Shown: piece after piece, positions 7,595-16,294 of the stretch
Numbering within the stretch: position 1 is the first letter of the stretch
How the letters are laid out: every line of letters begins with the position of its first letter
Notes under the pieces: generated by a model
Told to the model about the DNA's origin: nothing
Seen by the model: only the letters and a program-made list of their open reading frames with translations
The model's database searches: none
Program-made: the position numbers and the translations under genes
Source: an uncultured bacterium
GTDB taxonomy: Bacteria; Bacteroidota; Rhodothermia; Rhodothermales; DASSAV01
Assembly: GCA_965365445.1 (NCBI GenBank)
Contig: CBDUBS010000002.1
Location: 1 to 61,139, forward strand
Reading direction: 5' to 3'
Length of the DNA: 61,139 bases

Positions 7595-10417
7595 TCAGTG
7601 CGCATCCAGCCAGTTGTCCGCAACCCCGACGTCCACCAGAACCGGTACGTCAAGCGGGAGGGCGCCGGTCATCTCATCGCACACGAGCGCCCGCAGGGTA
7701 TCTACCTCCTCGATGGGTGCTTCAAAAACCAGCTCGTCGTGGACCTGCAGGAGCATGTTCGCCTTGTATCCTTCCTTTTTCAGCCTGTCGTGGATATGCA
7801 CCATGGCCAGCTTTATCATGTCGGCCTGGGTGCCCTGTATGGGCATGTTCACGGCAACACGTTCCGCGAACGACCGCTCCGTCCGGTTGCGGGCGAGAAT
7901 GCCGGGGATATATCGCCGCCGCCCGAGCAACGTTTCGGCATATCCTTTTTCTCGCGCCTGTTCGATCAGCGTATTGAGAAAACTCGTCACCCGGTGGAAG
8001 GAACGCTGGTACTGATCGATCAACTCCTGCGCCTCCTTCACGGAGGAACGCAGCCTCCGGGCAAGGCCCCATGCCGAAATGCCGTAGGGGATGCCATAGT
8101 TCACCTCTTTCGCCTTTCTACGTTGCTCGCGGGTTACGGCCTCCAGTTGAACGCCGTATACGAGCGCGGCAGTCGCCGCATGGATGTCCTGTCCCTCCTC
8201 AAAAGCCTTTCGGAGCGTCTGGTCACCACTCAGGGCGGCCAGAATGCGCAGCTCGATCTGTACGTAATCCGCCGAAAGCAGTTTCCAACCCGGAGCCGGA
8301 ACGAACGCCTTGCGGATCTCCCGGCCCATTTCGGAGCGCACGGGGATGTTCTGAAGGTTCGGATTGGAAGAGCTGAGCCGGCCGGTAGCCGTAATGGTCT
8401 GGTTGAAGCTGGTATGCACCCTGCCCGTTTCCGGGTGAATCAGTTCGCTGAGGCTGTCTACGTAGGTCGTCTTGAGTTTGCTGATCTGGCGCCAGTCCAG
8501 GATCAATCCGGGAAGCGGGTGCCGCGTCGCGAGGTCCTGAAGTACGTTTTCGCGCGTGGAAGGTTTGCCGGTGGAGGTTTTCTCGACGGCGGGCAGGCCC
8601 AGTTTGTCGAACAGGATTTCGCCCAGTTGCTGCGTGGAGCCGATATTGAATCGATCTCCGGCGGCGAGGTATACTTCTTCCTCGATCCGATCCATCGCCG
8701 CGCCCAGTTCCTTCGAAATGTCGTTCAGAATGTCGGTATCGACCCGTATTCCCGCAAGCTCCATATCCTTCAGCACATCGGTCAGCGGAAACTCCATACG
8801 GCGGGCCACGTCGAGGAAGTTCACCTGCTTTAGCTCCTCATCGAGCCTTTCGTACAGTTGGAGCGTAAGGTCGGCATCCTCACAGGAGTACCGGCCGGCC
8901 TGGTCAATCGGCACGTCCCGCATCGATTTCTGATTCTTACCCGACCCCAGGAGATCAGAGATAGGCACCATACGGTAGTTCAGGTACTTGCGTACGACAG
9001 CGTCCAGACCGTGCGGCTCCTCGGGGGCCAGCAGATAATGGGCCACCATCGTATCGAACAGACTTCCATCCACTTCCACACCATGGCGGGATAATACGGC
9101 GAGGTCGTATTTCAGGTTGTGGCCTACGAACATTCTACCTGAAAAGACAGGCCGCAGGGTTTCCAGAATGTCGGACGTAGGCGTACCATCGGGGAGCGGC
9201 GTCGGAACGTACGCTGCCCTCTCCTTTTCCCATGCAAACGAAATCCCGACGAGCGAGGCCCACATCTGGTCCACGGAGGTGGTTTCCGTATCGATGACGA
9301 GCCGGGGTTGGGCAAGAAGTGGCTCCACCAGTGAAGTCAGTTCCGCTTTCGACCGGATGATCCGGTACTCGACCCTCTCCTCGTTCAGTGACTGCACCTG
9401 CTCGTACGGGCCGAAATCGAATGCCAACGACGGGTCGTTCGCCTCGAGGAGGTCCACATCGGAGGAAGGAGCCGGTCCGGTATTATTCCGCCGGTTTTCC
9501 TGTTCCTGAATGCGCCGCAGAAGCGACTGAAACTCCAACTCCTGAAAAATGGCCGTAAGCGCCTCCTCGTTCGGGCGCACCCTGCGGCAGGCGTCCCAAT
9601 CGACGGCCAGTTCGAGGTTCGTGCGAATCGTCACCAGGTCCTTGCTGAGCAGGGCATCGTCCCGGTGTTGCTGCAATCCCTCCCGGGCCTTTTTGCCTTT
9701 CACTTCATCCACATGGTTGAGCAGGTTCTCCACCGAGCCGTACTCCTGCAATAGCTTGACCGCCGTTTTCTCCCCGATGCCCGGCACCCCCGGCACGTTG
9801 TCGCTCGAATCTCCCATAAGGGCCAAAATGTCGATGAACTGCTCCGGGTCGAGGCCGAACTTTTCGCGAAAGGTATCTTCCGTAATCGGGTCGAATTCCT
9901 CACCCCGGTGAGCCGGACGGTAAATGGAAATACCCGGCTTGAGGAGTTGCTGAAAATCCTTATCCGGCGACACGATGACGACCCTGGCTCCTTCCTCCTG
10001 CGCCCGGCAAGCCAGCGTCCCGATGACGTCATCCGCCTCCACACCGGGCGCTTCGACGACCGGGATATCCATCGCCTGCACGATTTTTTTTATGTACGGC
10101 AGATTGGCGCTCAAATCGTCCGGCATCGGCGGACGGTTGGCTTTGTACTGATCGTACATCGCATCGCGGAACGTACCTTTTTCGCCGGGAGCGTCGAAAA
10201 CGACCAGAATGTCCTCCATGCCGTGCTCCTCGATGAGCCTGAGCAGCGCCGTGGTAAAGCCATAGGCCGCCGACGTATTTTGCCCCTTCGAATTGATGAG
10301 GGGCCGAGAGATGAATATGAAATGAGCCCGGTAGGCGAGGGCCATTGCATCCAGAAGATACAGACACTTCGACCCGGAGACCCCGGTGTTGCTTTCGCTG
10401 TTTTTTTTCTCCGTCAT
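7595..10417 (-). CDS. polA: DNA polymerase I
   Basis: 940 aa. N-terminal 5'-3' exonuclease, 3'-5' exonuclease motif LVIDTETTS, and polymerase motifs DYVQIELRILA and QVHDELVFE. Confidence 0.98.
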   Translation of the reverse strand: MTEKKNSESNTGVSGSKCLYLLDAMALAYRAHFIFISRPLINSKGQNTSAAYGFTTALLRLIEEHGMEDILVVFDAPGEKGTFRDAMYDQYKANRPPMPDDLSANLPYIKKIVQAMDIPVVEAPGVEADDVIGTLACRAQEEGARVVIVSPDKDFQQLLKPGISIYRPAHRGEEFDPITEDTFREKFGLDPEQFIDILALMGDSSDNVPGVPGIGEKTAVKLLQEYGSVENLLNHVDEVKGKKAREGLQQHRDDALLSKDLVTIRTNLELAVDWDACRRVRPNEEALTAIFQELEFQSLLRRIQEQENRRNNTGPAPSSDVDLLEANDPSLAFDFGPYEQVQSLNEERVEYRIIRSKAELTSLVEPLLAQPRLVIDTETTSVDQMWASLVGISFAWEKERAAYVPTPLPDGTPTSDILETLRPVFSGRMFVGHNLKYDLAVLSRHGVEVDGSLFDTMVAHYLLAPEEPHGLDAVVRKYLNYRMVPISDLLGSGKNQKSMRDVPIDQAGRYSCEDADLTLQLYERLDEELKQVNFLDVARRMEFPLTDVLKDMELAGIRVDTDILNDISKELGAAMDRIEEEVYLAAGDRFNIGSTQQLGEILFDKLGLPAVEKTSTGKPSTRENVLQDLATRHPLPGLILDWRQISKLKTTYVDSLSELIHPETGRVHTSFNQTITATGRLSSSNPNLQNIPVRSEMGREIRKAFVPAPGWKLLSADYVQIELRILAALSGDQTLRKAFEEGQDIHAATAALVYGVQLEAVTREQRRKAKEVNYGIPYGISAWGLARRLRSSVKEAQELIDQYQRSFHRVTSFLNTLIEQAREKGYAETLLGRRRYIPGILARNRTERSFAERVAVNMPIQGTQADMIKLAMVHIHDRLKKEGYKANMLLQVHDELVFEAPIEEVDTLRALVCDEMTGALPLDVPVLVDVGVADNWLDAH

Positions 10418-10548
10418 GATGAAATCAACCGGTGCGGTGTACGTTGCGGTACGGGTGGTTGCCGTAAAGTACGTTCAAAAAGCCGGAACGTTTGCCCCGA
10501 CTGTGGTTACCAGCATGGCTTTGATCGCAATGGCTGATCCTACCTCTC

Positions 10549-11604
10549 ATGGAAACATATTCTGAACGATCACAGGTTCACGAACCCCGACGCATCCTCA
10601 TTACGGGCGGGGCCGGGTTCATAGGTTCCAATTACCTGCTTCGTTCGGTTCCACGCAACCCGGATGTGTCGTACGTCAATTTGGATGCCCTGACCTATGC
10701 CGGGAACCACGACAATCTGGCAAGCATCGCGTCGGCAGATAATTACACGTTCATCCGCGGCGACATAGCGGATAGCGCACTGGTGGCGTCCCTTTTCGAC
10801 CGGTACGACTTTACCACCGTCCTTCACTTCGCGGCCGAGAGCCACGTCGATCGATCCATCCATGACCCGCTGGCCTTTGTTCGTACCAATGTGGTCGGCA
10901 CGGTAACGTTACTCGAAGCGGCGCGGGCGGCCTGGGCGCCCTCATCTTCCCTCCCCATGCGCCGATTCTACCATATCTCCACAGACGAAGTATTTGGGAG
11001 CCTCGGGAAAGAAGATTGCTTCACAGAGAAATCGCCCTACGATCCCCGCTCTCCCTATTCGGCCTCGAAAGCATCGAGCGACCATTTCGTACGCGCCTAC
11101 GGGTATACATACGGATTGCCTTTCGTCATCTCGAACTGCTCGAACAACTACGGTCCATATCAGTACCCGGAAAAGTTGATTCCGTTGACCATTTCCCGGG
11201 CAATCGAACAGGGACCCGTTCCGATATACGGCAAGGGCGAAAACATACGGGACTGGTTGTATGTCGAGGACCATTGCGAAGCCATCGAAACGATCCTGCG
11301 TTCGGGCCGTCCATACTCGACCTACCTCATCGGCGGCGACGGCGAGACGCCTAACCTCTCGCTCGTAACCCGGGTTCTCGACCTCGTGGACGAATTTCTC
11401 GGACGCATTCCGGGTTCGTCTCGACAGCTGATCCGGTACGTGGAAGATCGGCCCGGTCATGATTTCCGGTATGCCATGGATTACGCCCGTCTCCGCCGCG
11501 AGCTCGGCTGGCGGCCGGTCCACACGCTGGAGAGCGGTCTGAGAAAAACGGTGCGGTGGTATATCGATAACCGGGACTGGCTCCGGAGCGCTCACGCCCG
11601 TTGA
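10549..11604 (+). CDS. rfbB: dTDP-glucose 4,6-dehydratase
   Basis: 351 aa SDR-extended protein: ILITGGAGFIGSN, the YSASKASSDH catalytic YxxxK, and typical RfbB length and C-terminus. Confidence 0.92.
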   Translation: METYSERSQVHEPRRILITGGAGFIGSNYLLRSVPRNPDVSYVNLDALTYAGNHDNLASIASADNYTFIRGDIADSALVASLFDRYDFTTVLHFAAESHVDRSIHDPLAFVRTNVVGTVTLLEAARAAWAPSSSLPMRRFYHISTDEVFGSLGKEDCFTEKSPYDPRSPYSASKASSDHFVRAYGYTYGLPFVISNCSNNYGPYQYPEKLIPLTISRAIEQGPVPIYGKGENIRDWLYVEDHCEAIETILRSGRPYSTYLIGGDGETPNLSLVTRVLDLVDEFLGRIPGSSRQLIRYVEDRPGHDFRYAMDYARLRRELGWRPVHTLESGLRKTVRWYIDNRDWLRSAHAR

Positions 11605-11634
11605 GGTTCATTCAGTTTACATTCGCTGGTATCT

Positions 11635-12324
11635 ATGAAGCTATTGTTGTTCGACATCGACGGAACCATCCTGATGACCCACCGGCTTGGGCGTCGCGTT
11701 ATGGAAGGCTCCCTCTCGGCTTTCTTCGGCCGGCCGATAAAGACGGAAGGGGTCGCCTTTGCCGGACGCACCGACGGCCAGATCGTTTCTGATGCGCTTC
11801 GCTCGTCTGGAATTTCCGAAAGCGAGATTGCCCACAAACTTCCCGGCGCCCTGGAGGCGTTCAGCGAAGCTATGGCGGAGGTCATTACGAAAGATAACGT
11901 GACGCTCTTACCCGGAATGCAACCCCTGATAGACGGCCTGTCCGCTCATCCCCACATCGTGCTCGGGCTGGTAACCGGCAATCTGGAGCGGACGGCGTAT
12001 CTGAAACTCGACGCTGTCGGTATGGCGGGACACTTCCCCTTCGGGGCGTTCGGTTCGGACGCCTTCGACCGAAATGAACTGCCCGCCATCGCCGTCCGCC
12101 GGGCAAGGGAGGCTACAGGACGTCAGTTTACGGGATCGGACGTCATCATCATCGGCGATACGGAGCATGACGTGCATTGCAGCCGTACGATAGGCGCTCT
12201 GTGCGTCGCCGTTTGCACCGGCCACTACTCCCGGCAGGAGCTGTCGAAACACGAGCCCGACGTCATCTTCGATGACCTGACCGACTACGAGCGCTTTCTC
12301 GAAGCGGTGATGGTGGCTGCGTAA
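11635..12324 (+). CDS. HAD-family hydrolase (phosphoglycolate-phosphatase-like)
   Basis: 229 aa. Motif I is LLFDIDGTIL, and motif IV is GDTEHD. Confidence 0.85.
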   Translation: MKLLLFDIDGTILMTHRLGRRVMEGSLSAFFGRPIKTEGVAFAGRTDGQIVSDALRSSGISESEIAHKLPGALEAFSEAMAEVITKDNVTLLPGMQPLIDGLSAHPHIVLGLVTGNLERTAYLKLDAVGMAGHFPFGAFGSDAFDRNELPAIAVRRAREATGRQFTGSDVIIIGDTEHDVHCSRTIGALCVAVCTGHYSRQELSKHEPDVIFDDLTDYERFLEAVMVAA

Positions 12325-12335
12325 ACGCCGGACGT

Positions 12336-13175
12336 ATGGAAGCGCATGAAATCGAACTGGGCGGATACCGGCATGTGTACCATGTAGCCGCGCCCGAACG
12401 ACCTCTGTATCCGCCGGTGCTGGCGGTGCATGGGTTCGGCTCGTCCGGATTGCAATCGTTCAGGTATCTGGTTGGTCCATTCAGGCAATACGGCATTCCG
12501 CTGTATGCTCTCGATCTGCTCGGCTCCGGGCAGTCTCAGAAACCGGACCTGGTGTACTCGCTGCATTTGTTTGCCGACCTCATCACCGAGTGGGTGGAGC
12601 GGCTCGGCGTGGATAATCCCGTACTTCTTGGCCACTCCATGGGTGGCAAAATTGCAGCCGCCACCGCAGCCGCTCATCCCGAATACTATGGAGCACTCGT
12701 CCTGGCTGCTTCCGCCGGGTTTCAACGAAACGAGGCGCTTTTGCCTGTGGTGCTCCAGCATCCCGCCATTAGCCGGCTCGTTGAAAAACGGTGGTTTACG
12801 AAACACGTTCTGTATGGTACGCCGCTCGGAAAGGTTATGGCCCGCGAAGAGAGCCGGGCCCATCTCATTCGGCTCAAGCGCTCGTTCCATCACCTGGATC
12901 TGGATCGTACCGGCTTCCGTGAACGATTGCACCGGATTTCGCTTCCGGTACTCGCCCTTCATGGCGACCGCGACCGCATTATCCGTCGCGACGCGTTGAT
13001 CCGCATCCGGAAAGACCTTCCTCAATCGCGTACGGTGGTCATCCGCAACGCCGGTCATCTACTCATGAAGGACCAGCCCATTCTGTTCACCCGCTCGTTG
13101 AAGTCTTTCCTCGATCAGCATACCACCGGCCATCAGGCAAACCGCTTCATGACGGTCGCTACGGACGAAGCATAA
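12336..13175 (+). CDS. Alpha/beta-fold hydrolase
   Basis: 279 aa. Nucleophile elbow GHSMGG, HGFG oxyanion region, and a C-terminal His (NAGHLL). Confidence 0.85.
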   Translation: MEAHEIELGGYRHVYHVAAPERPLYPPVLAVHGFGSSGLQSFRYLVGPFRQYGIPLYALDLLGSGQSQKPDLVYSLHLFADLITEWVERLGVDNPVLLGHSMGGKIAAATAAAHPEYYGALVLAASAGFQRNEALLPVVLQHPAISRLVEKRWFTKHVLYGTPLGKVMAREESRAHLIRLKRSFHHLDLDRTGFRERLHRISLPVLALHGDRDRIIRRDALIRIRKDLPQSRTVVIRNAGHLLMKDQPILFTRSLKSFLDQHTTGHQANRFMTVATDEA

Positions 13176-14008
13176 CCATGACCGAATAGATTTAGATGAT
13201 TGACCAGGTGGTACAGATTATACATTTCCGCCCGCTCCTCGAATCCTGGTTCCAGGGGCCACGTTTCGCGGTATATGTCGAAAAAGTGCCGATCAAACCC
13301 TCCGAACAGGCTTGCCATGGCCAGATCCACCTCCCGATGTCCATAATAGACCGCCGGATCAATCAGGACGGCCTCTTCACGACGGGAGGAAAGGACGTTG
13401 CCGCTCCACAGATCTCCGTGGACAAGGGAGGCTTCAGGCCGCTCGGGTAGCAGCTGTTCCAGGTTACGGCACAACCCGTCGAACATCCCATCCCACTCCG
13501 AAGCCCAGCGCCCCGTTCGCCGGGCCCTATCCACCTGCGGCAGAAGCCGCATGTCGAGAAAAAACGATCTCCAACTCTTTCGGTGCTCGTTTAGCTGAAC
13601 CGATTTCCCGATGAAATTGGCCGACTGCCAACCGTACCGATCGGATGTAGCGCCGTGGAGCGCAGCCAGACCGAAACCGAGCCGTTCCCAGAAAACGGCC
13701 GTTTTCCGGCCTTCATCGATCCATTCGAGCAGCAAGCAGCCCGGAGCGCCCGGTGCTCCAACCTCCCTGCCGAGCACCGCAGGGATGGTCATACCGCTGT
13801 CGGCCTCCCGCAGCGCCTGCAACCCTTCAGCTTCCGCCGCAAACGTGGCCGATACCTCACCGAACCCATATTTCAGCAAAAACCTCCCGTCCGGCGATTT
13901 CACGCACAGCACGTTGGCTATGCAACCTCCGCCCACCGGAGAGCAGGTCCACGTCGTGGTTCCTACAGCCCTGTTGAGGAAATCGGCGACGGAAGCCGGA
14001 AGCGACAT
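13133..14008 (-). CDS. Fructosamine/ketosamine-3-kinase family protein
   Basis: 291 aa. The APH-like kinase motif LVHGDLWSGNV is present. Its 3' end overlaps the convergent hydrolase gene by 43 nt. Confidence 0.85.
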   Translation of the reverse strand: MSLPASVADFLNRAVGTTTWTCSPVGGGCIANVLCVKSPDGRFLLKYGFGEVSATFAAEAEGLQALREADSGMTIPAVLGREVGAPGAPGCLLLEWIDEGRKTAVFWERLGFGLAALHGATSDRYGWQSANFIGKSVQLNEHRKSWRSFFLDMRLLPQVDRARRTGRWASEWDGMFDGLCRNLEQLLPERPEASLVHGDLWSGNVLSSRREEAVLIDPAVYYGHREVDLAMASLFGGFDRHFFDIYRETWPLEPGFEERAEMYNLYHLVNHLNLFGHGYASSVATVMKRFA

Positions 14009-14020
14009 GAAACTAATCGG

Positions 14021-14551
14021 TTAGGCCGCCCGGGATGACGCCTTCAGATTGTAAATCCGGACGAGTTGCTCCAGTAGTGCATCGGCCGTACGGTTAACGA
14101 TCTGATAGACTTCCTCAAACCCGTCGTTTTTGCCGTAATAGGGATCAGGTACCTGGTAGCACTCCGGCTCCGGATCAAACGACCTGAACAAATGTACCTT
14201 GTGTCCGTATTCGTCCTCCGTATCGAGAAACAGCACATCATGCAGGTTGTCTCGATCCATGACGAGAATCAAATCGAACCTTTCCAGATCCTCTTTACTA
14301 AATTGTCGGCCGCAGTGGTCTTCCAGGGAAACGCCGTGTCGATGGGCCGTCTCAATCATTCTGCGGTCGGCCCCATCACCTGCATGCCACGGCCCGGTGC
14401 CTGAGGAACGTATCTCGAAAAACTCGTCCAGTTTTTCCCGGCTCACTTTATCTCGGAACACCCCCTCCGCCAGCGGGCTACGACATATATTCCCCAGACA
14501 CACGAACATGATGCGTATTTTGCCTCTGGGCTCTTTTTCAACTTCGTGCAT
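14021..14551 (-). CDS. Low-molecular-weight protein-tyrosine phosphatase
   Basis: 176 aa. CX5R(S) P-loop in FVCLGNICRSP, and the Asp loop VPDPYYG. Confidence 0.9.
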   Translation of the reverse strand: MHEVEKEPRGKIRIMFVCLGNICRSPLAEGVFRDKVSREKLDEFFEIRSSGTGPWHAGDGADRRMIETAHRHGVSLEDHCGRQFSKEDLERFDLILVMDRDNLHDVLFLDTEDEYGHKVHLFRSFDPEPECYQVPDPYYGKNDGFEEVYQIVNRTADALLEQLVRIYNLKASSRAA

Positions 14552-14630
14552 ACAGTAGTCCTTTTCCTTGTGGTAATTAGCCGGGTTTGAACGCCTGACT
14601 TTTCAATCTGTTACGTATGATTCCCCCCGT

Positions 14631-15932
14631 ATGGAGGACGATCCGAATCTTGATACGCCGCGACCCGCCCGCCGGATTCTTTCCGTCAGCGAGGTGGCGC
14701 ATAGTATACGCACCTCGGTGGAATCCCTGTACCACGACGTCGGAATCGAGGGAGAGATTTCAAATTTCAAGCGGTACGGCTCCGGCCATTGTTACTTCAC
14801 CCTGAAGGACGCCGACGCACAGATCAGGTGCGTGCTCTGGAAGGGAAACGCGCAGCGGGTATTTTTCGAGCCGAAAGACGGCATGTTAGTTGAAGCGCAG
14901 GGATACATTTCGTTTTATGCCGTTAGGGGCGATCTGCAACTGGTTGTAGAAGGTATGCGCCTTGGTGGAGTGGGCGCGCTGCAAAAAGCATTCGATCAAC
15001 TCAAACGCCGGTTGCTCGAAGAGGGGCTATTCGATCCCGGACGCAAGCGCACCCTGCCGCAAATCCCTGAGAAAATCGGGATCGTCACATCGCGCAACGG
15101 GGCGGTACTCCATGATATGCTGGATATACTCGGGCGTCGTTTTCCATCCGTGCAGGTATTCTTTTGTCCGGCTACCGTCCAGGGCATGGGAGCCGCTGCA
15201 TCCATCGTGGCGGCGCTCGACCGATTCAACGCCGACGCACACTGGCCGGAGGGACCCGTGGATGTTATCCTTCTGGCGCGCGGGGGAGGGTCGATGGAAG
15301 ATCTCTGGTGCTTCAATGAGGAATCCGTGGCCCGGGCGATTTTTCGCTCGAAAGTACCTGTCGTAAGCGCCGTCGGGCACGAGACGGATTTTTCCATTGC
15401 CGACTTCGTAGCCGACCTGCGGGCGGGTACGCCGTCCATAGCGGCGGAACTCGTGGTACCCGACAGCCGCAACCTCCGGCGGGGAATCCGGCAATGGGCC
15501 GATGAAATGAGCGCTGTGGTCTGCCGCCGAATCGATGCCTCACGGCGGACCTGTCGAATCACCATCGACTCGCGGCCTTTCTCGTTGCCGGCTCTTCGGG
15601 TCGGACGGGCCGTGCAAGACGCCGCCGCAATGAAGGAGCGTGCCGAACTGGCCGTGAACAACCGGCTTCGCCAGGAACGCCTGAAGTTTACTTCGCTCGG
15701 ACGCACACTCGATGCCCTGAATCCGCTTCTCCCTCTTAAAAAGGGGTTTGCACTGGTAGAGAAAAACGGCGCGCCGGTGAGGGGCGCCGGGTTTCTCGCC
15801 CGGGGCGACAGAGTCCGGCTCGCCTTCGCCGATGGCAGGCGGTCGGCAACGATTCTGGGGGACGAATGCGAAGAGGACTCCTCACGCAGCCATGAGCAGG
15901 TGCGGGATGATTCGATCATTATGAAGAAATAG
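14631..15932 (+). CDS. xseA: Exodeoxyribonuclease VII large subunit
   Basis: 433 aa. N-terminal OB fold (GEISNFKRYGSGHCYFTLKD) plus an ExoVII_L core; xseB follows. Confidence 0.93.
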   Translation: MEDDPNLDTPRPARRILSVSEVAHSIRTSVESLYHDVGIEGEISNFKRYGSGHCYFTLKDADAQIRCVLWKGNAQRVFFEPKDGMLVEAQGYISFYAVRGDLQLVVEGMRLGGVGALQKAFDQLKRRLLEEGLFDPGRKRTLPQIPEKIGIVTSRNGAVLHDMLDILGRRFPSVQVFFCPATVQGMGAAASIVAALDRFNADAHWPEGPVDVILLARGGGSMEDLWCFNEESVARAIFRSKVPVVSAVGHETDFSIADFVADLRAGTPSIAAELVVPDSRNLRRGIRQWADEMSAVVCRRIDASRRTCRITIDSRPFSLPALRVGRAVQDAAAMKERAELAVNNRLRQERLKFTSLGRTLDALNPLLPLKKGFALVEKNGAPVRGAGFLARGDRVRLAFADGRRSATILGDECEEDSSRSHEQVRDDSIIMKK

Positions 15933-15996
15933 CCGATTATATTCGCGTTTCCCGAAACCAATTTCCCGTACCGGCATAGGTAAAGAAGGTATTGTA

Positions 15997-16239
15997 ATGC
16001 AGACACATCCTCAGAAAGACGCTCTCATGGATGCCGATAACGGCCTCAGCGCCCCCCCACCGTGGACTCTGGAAGAAGCCCTGGAGCGGCTTCAACAGAT
16101 CGCTTCTTCCCTTGAAGGGGATGCGCCCCTCGAATCGGCAGTCGCCATGTACGAAGAGGGAATGGCGCTCGCACGCGAGTGCCTGGAACGCCTTCAGGTG
16201 CTGGAGCTTCGTATCCAGGAAGTTTCGCTGAAGGATTGA
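15997..16239 (+). CDS. xseB: Exodeoxyribonuclease VII small subunit
   Basis: 80-aa helical protein: LEEALERLQQIASSLEGDAPLESAVAMYEEGMALARECLERL. Confidence 0.85.
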   Translation: MQTHPQKDALMDADNGLSAPPPWTLEEALERLQQIASSLEGDAPLESAVAMYEEGMALARECLERLQVLELRIQEVSLKD

Positions 16240-16294
16240 CGAGCCTATCCGGCCCGACTTCCCAACTATCGAAAAAAGAAACCGCCACTTCCGC

